Shown piece by piece: positions 6,703 to 13,639 of a DNA stretch of 13,639 nt; position 1 is the stretch's first letter, and each line of letters begins with the position of its first letter. The stretch is from a bacterium (GTDB lineage: Bacteria > Zhuqueibacterota > Zhuqueibacteria > Oceanimicrobiales > Oceanimicrobiaceae). The position numbers were made by a program, and so were the translations under genes. The notes under the pieces were generated by a model. The model had not been told where the DNA came from and did no database searches. It saw nothing but the letters and a program-made list of their open reading frames with translations. The stretch covers positions 1 through 13,639 of the forward strand of contig JBHHXT010000122.1 in NCBI GenBank assembly GCA_046757165.1. Reading direction: 5' to 3'.

Positions 6703-6837
6703 GGATGACCCCGGTCATCCAACTGATAAGATAACATGATTTGGGAAAAAACAATCTATCTGTGCAATTTTCAGCAAAAAACTCTTGACTTTCAACGGAA
6801 TAACTACGGAGTTTTGACGATTCTGATGGTCGGATTT

Positions 6838-7000
6838 CTATGAACATGTCACCCCTAGCCGGGTTGACGTTCATTGTGTCGCGCCATGTGACCATCAGTC
6901 AGGACAGCCAATAGAGGCAACAACCGCGGAGCGGTGACATGTTTATGGTGTGTCCGGTTGAACGAACTATCAAACCCCGTTAGGGGTGACATGTCAATGG
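6838..7000. repeat. Cluster of three REP-like units (ACATGTCACC core plus small hairpin)
   Basis: CTATGAACATGTCACCCCTAGCCGGGTT (+, 6838-6865); inverted copies AACCGCGGAGCGGTGACATGTTTATGG (6922-6948) and AACCCCGTTAGGGGTGACATGTCAATGG (6973-7000). Confidence 0.75.
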
Positions 7001-7129
7001 CATTTCTACCAGATGTGGCTGAACACCAGGAGCCCAAACAAAACGACTGAAGATTACCAAGTTAGTTCTGCGCAAGCCCTTAGAATCGAACACCTCCGTC
7101 CACTTGTCAAGAATTGAAAGAGAGGACCC

Positions 7130-9991
7130 ATGCCGAACAGACCCACGCCTGGATTGCTCGAGAAGTTGGCCGAAAAACTGCGCCTCATCCCCGACCTTCA
7201 AAGTGAATCTTCCCCGGCGCTGTCACGTCTCACCGAGCCGGGCGACCTGACCGCTTACCCGCCGCCAGAACAGTGGCAGGATTGGGTCGAGTACGACGCC
7301 AAAAGCTGGCCCAGGGGCGAGGCCAAACACTATGTCATTGTGCCAACCGCGTGTTTCAACTGCGAGGCGGGGTGCGGACTGCTGAGCTACATCGACAAAG
7401 AGACCCTGCGAGTTCGCAAGTTCGAGGGCAATCCGTACCATCCTGGCAGCCGTGGCCGCAACTGTGCCAAGGGGCCGGCAACCATCAACCAAATCAACGA
7501 CACGGAGCGCATCCTTTACCCGCTCAAAAGAACCGGCAAGCGCGGCGAGGGCAAGTGGCAACGCTTGTCGTGGGACACCGTGCTGGACGAAATTGCGGGG
7601 CGCATCCGTGAAGCGTTACAGGATAAACGCAACAACGAAATCGCCTATCACGTCGGCCGGCCAGGCCACGAGGGCTACATCGACCGCGTCTTGAAGGCCT
7701 GGGGGGTCGACGGCCACAACAGCCACACCAACATCTGCTCAGCCGGCGCCAGATTTGGCTATGCCATCTGGCACGGTTTTGACCGGCCATCACCCGACCA
7801 CGCCAACGCCAGGTTCATCCTTCTCATCAGCGCCCATCTCGAATCAGGACATTATTTCAATCCGCACGCCCAACGCATCCTGGAAGGCATGATGAACGGC
7901 GCCAAACTTGCCGTGCTCGATCCCAGGCTCTCCAACACCGCCAGCATGGCTGACTACTGGCTTCCATCCTATCCCGGCAGCGAAGCCGCCATCCTGCTGG
8001 CCATCGCCAGAATCATTCTGCAAGAAGCGCTCTACAACGAGCCGTTCATGAAAACCTGGGTCAACTGGCAAACGTATCTCCAGAAAGAGAAGCCAAGCCT
8101 GGAGGTCACCTTCGAAAACTTCATCGCAGCGCTGCTGGAAGAGTACAAGGACTACACACCAGAGTTTGCCGAACAGGAGAGCGGCGTCCCGGCCGGGTTG
8201 ATCGTGAAGGTCGCGCAGCAAATCGGCGCGGCAGGCACGCGTTTCGCGAGCCATAACTGGCGCAGCGCCGGCAGCGGCAATCTCGGCGGCTGGGCAGTGG
8301 CGCGCTGTCTCCATTTTCTCAACGTGCTCACCGGCAGCGTCGGCACGGTCGGCGGCACGTCGCCCAGCGGCTGGAATAAATTCAAGCCGACGGTCTTTTC
8401 CCAGCCCCCGGCTGTGAAATTCTGGAATGAGCTGCACTTCCCAAACGAGTACCCCCTGGCACACTATGAAATGAGCTTCCTGCTGCCGCATTTTCTCAAG
8501 GAGGGCCGTGGCAAATTGTCGGTCTATTTCACGCGCGTTTTCAACCCGGTCTGGACGTACCCGGACGGATTCACCTGGATCGAAGCCCTGACCGATGAAT
8601 CCAAAATAGGCTTGCATGCCGCGCTGACCCCCACGTGGAATGAAACGGCCTACTTTGCGGACTATGTCCTGCCCATGGGCCACGCCAGCGAGCGGCACGA
8701 CATCATCAGCTACGAGACACACTCCGGGGTGTGGCTGGCGTTCAGGCAACCCGTGCTGCGAGCCGCTGCTCAGAAGATGGGCAAAGCCGTGACCTTCACC
8801 TACGAAACCAACCCGGGCGAAGTCTGGGAAGAAGATGAATTCTGGATCGAGCTCTCCTGCCGCATCGACCCGGATGGCACCCTCGGCATCAGGGAGCATT
8901 TTCTCTCTCCGTACCGGCCCGGCGAAAAAATCACCATCGACGAGTACTACCAGTACATCTTTGAACACGTCTCCGGGCTGCCGCAAACAGCGCAACAGGA
9001 GGGGCTGACGCCGCTGGATTATATGCGCAAATATGGCGCGTTTGAAGTTGAAAAAACCTCCTATGCCAAACACGGGAAAGAACTGCCGAAAAAAGCGCTC
9101 ACAGGCGTACAGATCGATTCGGCAACCCATACCATTTTCAAAGGAGGCAAGGCTGTTGGCGTGATGGCAGATGAGGTGGCCTGCTCTGGTTTCCCCACGC
9201 CCTCGCGCAAGCAAGAGTTCTATTCTGAAACGTTGGCGCGCTGGGGCTGGCCGCAGTACGCCATTCCCACCTACATCAAAAGCCACATCCATCCCGATGA
9301 GCTGGACCGTGAGAAGGGCGAGTTTCCCCTGGTGCCAACCTTTCGTCTGCCAACGCTGATTCACTCACGCTCCGGCAATGCCAAATGGCTCGCAGAGATC
9401 TCCAACCGCAACCCGGTCTGGATGCACACGAACGATGCTCGACGCCTCGGGGTGCAAACCGGCGATTTGCTGCGCGTCAACACGGATATCGGCTACTTCG
9501 TCGACAAAGTCTGGGTCACGGAGGGCATGAAGCCTGGCGTGGTCGCGTGCTCCCACCACCTGGGAAGATGGCGCCGGCCACAGGATGTCCCGGGCAACCG
9601 CTGGGCCACAAATCTCGTCACCATCGACCATGACGGCAACGGCAAGTGGCGCATGCGCTGCCTGGACGGGATCCGTCCTCACCAGAGCGAGGACCCGGAC
9701 ACGGCCAGAATCTTCTGGAGCGACGGCGGCGTGCACCAGAACATTACCTTCCCGGTCCATCCCGACCCGGTCAGTGGCATGCATTGCTGGCACCAGAAAG
9801 TGCGCATCGAGAAAGCCAAACCCGAAGACCGGTACGGCGATGTGGTGGTTGACACGCAGAAGTCCTTTCAGATTTACAAGCAATGGCTCGAGATGACCCG
9901 GCCCGCGCCTGGACCGGACGGGTTGCGCCGGCCCTTGTGGTTGAACCGGCCGCTGCGGCCGGCAGAGGCGCTCTACTACCTGGGCGAGTAG
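7130..9991 (+). CDS. Molybdopterin (bis-MGD) oxidoreductase catalytic subunit, DMSO reductase superfamily
   Basis: 953 aa; N-terminal 4Fe-4S motif CFNCEAGC-x-GRNCAKG; RILYPLKRTGKRGEGKWQRLSWD; SHTNICS with candidate Mo-ligand Cys203; DPRLSNTA; ETAYFADYVLP; C-terminal molydopterin dinucleotide-binding domain (HSRS, NPVWMHTNDARRLGVQTGD); GAGGA RBS; no Tat signal. Confidence 0.93.
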   Translation: MPNRPTPGLLEKLAEKLRLIPDLQSESSPALSRLTEPGDLTAYPPPEQWQDWVEYDAKSWPRGEAKHYVIVPTACFNCEAGCGLLSYIDKETLRVRKFEGNPYHPGSRGRNCAKGPATINQINDTERILYPLKRTGKRGEGKWQRLSWDTVLDEIAGRIREALQDKRNNEIAYHVGRPGHEGYIDRVLKAWGVDGHNSHTNICSAGARFGYAIWHGFDRPSPDHANARFILLISAHLESGHYFNPHAQRILEGMMNGAKLAVLDPRLSNTASMADYWLPSYPGSEAAILLAIARIILQEALYNEPFMKTWVNWQTYLQKEKPSLEVTFENFIAALLEEYKDYTPEFAEQESGVPAGLIVKVAQQIGAAGTRFASHNWRSAGSGNLGGWAVARCLHFLNVLTGSVGTVGGTSPSGWNKFKPTVFSQPPAVKFWNELHFPNEYPLAHYEMSFLLPHFLKEGRGKLSVYFTRVFNPVWTYPDGFTWIEALTDESKIGLHAALTPTWNETAYFADYVLPMGHASERHDIISYETHSGVWLAFRQPVLRAAAQKMGKAVTFTYETNPGEVWEEDEFWIELSCRIDPDGTLGIREHFLSPYRPGEKITIDEYYQYIFEHVSGLPQTAQQEGLTPLDYMRKYGAFEVEKTSYAKHGKELPKKALTGVQIDSATHTIFKGGKAVGVMADEVACSGFPTPSRKQEFYSETLARWGWPQYAIPTYIKSHIHPDELDREKGEFPLVPTFRLPTLIHSRSGNAKWLAEISNRNPVWMHTNDARRLGVQTGDLLRVNTDIGYFVDKVWVTEGMKPGVVACSHHLGRWRRPQDVPGNRWATNLVTIDHDGNGKWRMRCLDGIRPHQSEDPDTARIFWSDGGVHQNITFPVHPDPVSGMHCWHQKVRIEKAKPEDRYGDVVVDTQKSFQIYKQWLEMTRPAPGPDGLRRPLWLNRPLRPAEALYYLGE

Positions 9992-10084
9992 CGGCGTTGA
10001 CCGAATCGGTATCTTATTCTGACAAAGAAGTACAAACCAGTACGGTTCTCAAGTGGCTCTTGATAAAAGGATCGTCAAATACCA

Positions 10085-10113
10085 TTGACAAATTTCAGAT
10101 TTGTTCCTACATC
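10085..10113 (+). promoter_or_regulatory. Putative sigma-70 promoter with overlapping inverted repeat upstream of the TA remnant
   Basis: TTGACA (10085-10090)-N17-TACATC (10108-10113); inverted repeat ACAAAT (10088-10093)/ATTTGT (10099-10104). The -10 box is imperfect. Confidence 0.4.
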
Positions 10114-10160
10114 ATTCCAACTGGATTGTATTCTTCAACATGAGCAAGCGAGGTTTCAAA

Positions 10161-10494
10161 ATGCAAATAGATGACTATTTTGATTTTTTGGCCTCTGATG
10201 ACATTCGCTTGAAAGGCTCGCGTATCGGAATCGAGACGGTACTCTACGAGTACATTCATAAAGCAAAGGCCGGAGGCGATCCAGAGCAGCTTTCCAACGC
10301 TCTCCCTCGAGCAGGTTGACGCAACAATCCTCTACTATCTCAGGAACCCCAAAAAGGTCGAGGCTTACATAACGGACTGGTTGGAATGGGGTGAGCGGAT
10401 GAGGGCCAACCAGGCCAAAAACCCGCCGCCTGTCGTCATGAGACTACGGAGTCTCAAACAAAAAAGAGGAACAGTCGCAGAAGGTGAGTCGTGA
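10161..10494 (+). pseudogene. DUF433-family antitoxin, frameshifted
   Basis: MQIDDYFDFLASDDIRLKGSRIGIETVLYEYIHKAK continues in another frame near 10270 as PEAIQSSFPTLSLEQVDATILYYLRNPKKVEAYITDW... to TGA 10492-10494; both halves carry DUF433-like motifs (GSRIGIE; PE.I...FPTLSLEQV.A.I.YY). Confidence 0.82.
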
Positions 10495-10712
10495 GATATG
10501 TTTTTTGCTCGATGAAAATGTTGACCAACAACCGAAAATCGATGCCAGGACATTTGCGCGACCATTTATCCCAGGGTAGACATATTCCTGGTGTTTTCAT
10601 CTTGAACCCTAAGATGAGTATCTCAGACACAGCCAACGAGTTGGTCTTGATCTGGGGCGCTTCAGATGCAGATGAGTACCGCGACCTGGTTATTCATCTC
10701 CCGATAGCTTGA
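10484..10712 (+). pseudogene. DUF5615 PIN-like toxin with internal deletion and frameshift
   Basis: GTG 10484 gives MSREICFLLDENVD (LLDEN PIN start); at about 10522-10526 the frame switches to TNNRKSMPGHLRDHLSQGRHIPGVFIL...EYRDLVIHLP; the central segment expected between these motifs is absent. Confidence 0.78.
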
Positions 10713-10744
10713 CCCATCCATCTACGGCTTCACCCACCCTTTCC

Positions 10745-10773
10745 TTGACTTTTCCAAACCATTTCTGTACTTT
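10745..10773 (+). promoter_or_regulatory. Sigma-70 promoter of the M28 peptidase gene (putative)
   Basis: TTGACT (10745-10750)-N17-TACTTT (10768-10773), 52 nt upstream of ATG 10826. Confidence 0.6.
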
Positions 10774-10825
10774 TGCGCCAGACTCGCCTCAGGATTCACA
10801 CACATTATCACAACCGGAGGGAACC

Positions 10826-13135
10826 ATGCGTATTTGGAATCGACTCTTCTTGTCGCTCATCCTGCTATTTCCGTACCGAGCTTACTCGCAATGGCAGGGA
10901 TTCAGTGCGGACAGCGCTTATGCCTACACGCACCATCTCAGCGTCACCATCGGTCCGCGCCCGATGGGATCAGCCAATGAACAAGCCGCCTTGCGGTGGG
11001 CGGTGCAAAAGTTTGCGGAATTCGGGGCAGACACGGCTTTCGTTCTCGATCTCACAAAGGCAAAAACCAGAAACACGGTCCTCAACACGCACAGTGGCAC
11101 GGCGGTGGGGGTTTTCAAAGGGGAAACGGATTCCACCATCGTCATCGGCGGGCACATCGATTCCTCTGCCAGAGAACATCCGGGCGCAAACGACGATGCC
11201 TCTGGCACCGCCTGTGCCGTGGAGCTGGCGCGCCTCTGGAGCCAGCGGCCGCGCCACTATACGCTAGTCTTTGCCACCTTCGGCGGCGAAGAATCCGGCT
11301 TGATCGGCTCGAAACATTTCGTGGGCCACTATCCAGACATCGATGATGTGGTGCTCATGCTGCACGTCGACATGGCGGGTGCCACCGGGCCGCTGATTCC
11401 GTTCATCGAAAGCGGTGAAAAACAGACGCCGGAGTGGCTGGTTGAAGATGCGTTCGCCGTCGAAAGAACCGTCGGTTCTGCGAGCTTGCGCTATCCCGTG
11501 TACTTTTTTTCTCTCAATGCGCCCCTCGGGGCTGCCAGCTCCGACCATTCCCCGTTCATCGAAAAGGGGATCCCGGCGATCACCTTCACGGCGGGGGTGA
11601 GCACCTCGCCGGTTCATACCCAGCAAGACAAGATCGAGTTTGTCGACAAGACCATGCTCGCCAGAAGCGGCAACCTGGTCGACGGCCTGATCAAAAAATA
11701 CCAGGCGCACGGCATCCCGGCACCGAGAACCGGCGACTACCTGCTGTGGCCGATTTGGGGCGGACGCTTCTTCATCCCCGCCTGGCTGGTCCTATCGCTG
11801 GTGATTCTCTCGCTGGTGCTCGGCGCCTGGGCTTTCATGTACAGCCGCGAACGCCGCCTGCAAATTCCGAAAACCGAACGGGTGCGGTTCTCCGGCTGGA
11901 AGCTCCTCCTGATCATGGCGCTGATCGCGATTTTTACTCAGCTCGGTGAAGCGGGCATGCAACTGCTGAAGGGGTTGCGCTATCCCTGGCTGGCACATGT
12001 GAACAAATACCTCATATTCGCCGCCATCTGGGCAGTCGCGGGTATCTGGAGCGCCAGCCAGCTCACCCGGCTCTGGCGCTTTAGTCCGGACCCATATGTG
12101 TACACCAAACGGGCGCTCGGCATGCTGGTCGTTTTCATTTTGCTTCTGGGCATTGCAAGCCTACGTCTCGCCTTGCATCCGTCCTTGACCTTAGTGCTCA
12201 TCAGTCTGGCCATCTTCGTGCCGAGTCCCCTGTTCAAACTCGTCATCGGTTTGATCGCCCCGGTGCCGATGTTCAAGCTGATGTTTATGGAAGTCTTTCC
12301 GTTTCTGGCGCACAACTTCAGCCTGATCGGCTTTGGCATTGACAGCTCCGTTAAGGCCTTTCTTTACAGCGCAACCATCACAGCCCTTCTCGTCATCTGG
12401 TACCTACCGTCCATCTATTTCTATTCCTACCTGTTGGTTTCCATCAAGCCGCTACAGACTATCTTGCAACGTCTGCGAAATCCTGTTGTTGGCACCGGTC
12501 TGCTCCTGGCCATTTTCGGCTATGGTGGCTACCTGTACTCGTTCCCGGCCTACACCGAGATGTGGCGGGCACGGATCAGCGTCAATGCCGACTATGACAT
12601 GCAAAGCGGCGAAAGCGAGCTAAAGTTAGTCGGCAACGAATATTTCCGCAACGTCACCGTCACCACTGACTCGCTCAACCGGCACTATGACGACAAAATC
12701 CACCACGACGACTTGCCCATTGCCTTTCAGGCCAATTGGATGACGGTTGCCGGCACAGAAACGCTCCGCGTTGGCCAGGACAACACGGTCGACATCGACT
12801 GGCTGATCGCCAGCAGCAAACCGTGGCTGCGGGCACAAGTCACGATTCAAGCAGACACACTCGGTGTCCAGGAGGTGTCCTCAGAGCTGGGATTTACCCA
12901 CAAGGACGAGCAGGCGAGGTTTACCTGGTACTCCGAGCCACCGGACAGCCTGCAGCTGAAAGCAAATCTGACCCTGACACCGGGCGCAAGGCTCATCCGG
13001 GAGATCAAAGCCACTTACGCGGAAATGCCAGTCGCCATCGAGGTGACAGCCGACTTGGCTGAGGTGCGCTACCGGACGTCGGTTGTGCGACGGGATACGC
13101 TGGCGGTTCTGGGAACGCAATCGACACAGAAATGA
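10826..13135 (+). CDS. M28-family metallopeptidase with a multi-pass membrane domain
   Basis: Start reassigned to ATG 10826 (GGAGG RBS, signal peptide MRIWNRLFLSLILLF...); zinc-ligand motifs GGHIDS, GANDDASG, GEESGLIGS, HVDMAG, SDHSPF, VHTQQD; about 8-9 hydrophobic helices, then a soluble C-terminal domain; 769 aa; ends TGA TAA TAG. Confidence 0.92.
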   Translation: MRIWNRLFLSLILLFPYRAYSQWQGFSADSAYAYTHHLSVTIGPRPMGSANEQAALRWAVQKFAEFGADTAFVLDLTKAKTRNTVLNTHSGTAVGVFKGETDSTIVIGGHIDSSAREHPGANDDASGTACAVELARLWSQRPRHYTLVFATFGGEESGLIGSKHFVGHYPDIDDVVLMLHVDMAGATGPLIPFIESGEKQTPEWLVEDAFAVERTVGSASLRYPVYFFSLNAPLGAASSDHSPFIEKGIPAITFTAGVSTSPVHTQQDKIEFVDKTMLARSGNLVDGLIKKYQAHGIPAPRTGDYLLWPIWGGRFFIPAWLVLSLVILSLVLGAWAFMYSRERRLQIPKTERVRFSGWKLLLIMALIAIFTQLGEAGMQLLKGLRYPWLAHVNKYLIFAAIWAVAGIWSASQLTRLWRFSPDPYVYTKRALGMLVVFILLLGIASLRLALHPSLTLVLISLAIFVPSPLFKLVIGLIAPVPMFKLMFMEVFPFLAHNFSLIGFGIDSSVKAFLYSATITALLVIWYLPSIYFYSYLLVSIKPLQTILQRLRNPVVGTGLLLAIFGYGGYLYSFPAYTEMWRARISVNADYDMQSGESELKLVGNEYFRNVTVTTDSLNRHYDDKIHHDDLPIAFQANWMTVAGTETLRVGQDNTVDIDWLIASSKPWLRAQVTIQADTLGVQEVSSELGFTHKDEQARFTWYSEPPDSLQLKANLTLTPGARLIREIKATYAEMPVAIEVTADLAEVRYRTSVVRRDTLAVLGTQSTQK

Positions 13136-13195
13136 TAATAGGACTTTGCGGGGCGCCCGTAACTATAGTATTACATCTATTACATCTCATCTTTT

Positions 13196-13600
13196 GCACT
13201 TGTCACGCTCGGGCACAAATTCTTGGGCAACGACTATGTTTATGCGATCCAGGACATCCGAGGTCGCTCTAAATCAGAGGGCGATTATGCCACCTATCGC
13301 GTACCTCGAGGGGCCTTTGATAAGACCGAGACCGACGAGACTACAGACGCATGGGACACCATAGACTGGCTGGTGAAAAACATACCTTCAAACGGCCGGG
13401 TCGGCACATGGGGTACATCCTACCGGGGCTGGCTCACGCTCGCGGCCATGCGCAATCCGCATCCGGCGCTCGCCGCTGCCGTCCCGTTCAATCCCGTTGT
13501 GGATGTCTGGAAGGCCGATGACTGGTTTCATTGGGGCACTTTTCGTGCGACCTATGCGTTTTCGTACATCTATGAGATGGAAACCCGAACGAAAGCATAA
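13196..13600 (+). pseudogene. CocE/NonD (S15-like) alpha/beta hydrolase fragment
   Basis: YVYAIQDIRGRSKSEG, DAWDTIDWLVKN, GRVGTWGTSYRG (GxSYxG nucleophile), HPALAAAVP, DDWFHWG; in-frame TAG at 13166-13168 upstream, no RBS, TAA at 13598-13600; about 135 codons versus roughly 550-650 aa for intact members. Confidence 0.8.
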
Positions 13601-13639
13601 CCTGCGCTGCCATTCAACGCACTTAAATTGATTAACATA

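Noticed and set aside
6596..7000. CRISPR array
   Set aside because: Repeats are few, divergent, partly inverted and irregularly spaced, and no cas genes are present.
6244..7129. Moco/Wco riboswitch upstream of the molybdoenzyme
   Set aside because: The conserved blocks could not be matched by eye; an Infernal scan would be needed to exclude it formally.
7844..9883. Long antisense ORFs (506 aa and 172 aa)
   Set aside because: Shadow frames of the GC3-rich molybdoenzyme gene with no recognisable motifs; the same applies to 2869..3525 and 5353..6084.

Overview
Bacterial window of moderately high GC. Left to right it contains: (1) a minus-strand operon of an ECF sigma factor, a membrane-anchored zinc-binding (HxxxCxxC) anti-sigma factor and an exported protein built from two copies of an unrecognised domain; (2) divergently, a DUF3179-like exported protein that the ORF track splits in two but which reads as one 331-aa selenoprotein (in-frame TGA at 3034-3036, W-U-P-L-A, followed by a bacterial SECIS-like hairpin); (3) a convergent tRNA-Sec gene (selC, anticodon TCA) at 3947-4045; (4) a GNAT acetyltransferase and a GT2 glycosyltransferase; (5) a stand-alone Cys-ligated molybdopterin oxidoreductase catalytic subunit; (6) a DUF433/DUF5615 toxin-antitoxin pair with both genes broken; (7) a multi-pass membrane M28 peptidase; (8) a CocE/NonD hydrolase fragment. 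Intergenic regions hold several REP-like and palindromic elements. The main signal is the hidden secreted selenoprotein beside tRNA-Sec, with an ECF-type promoter shared back-to-back with the ECF/anti-sigma operon. All family assignments come from motif recognition, not database searches.
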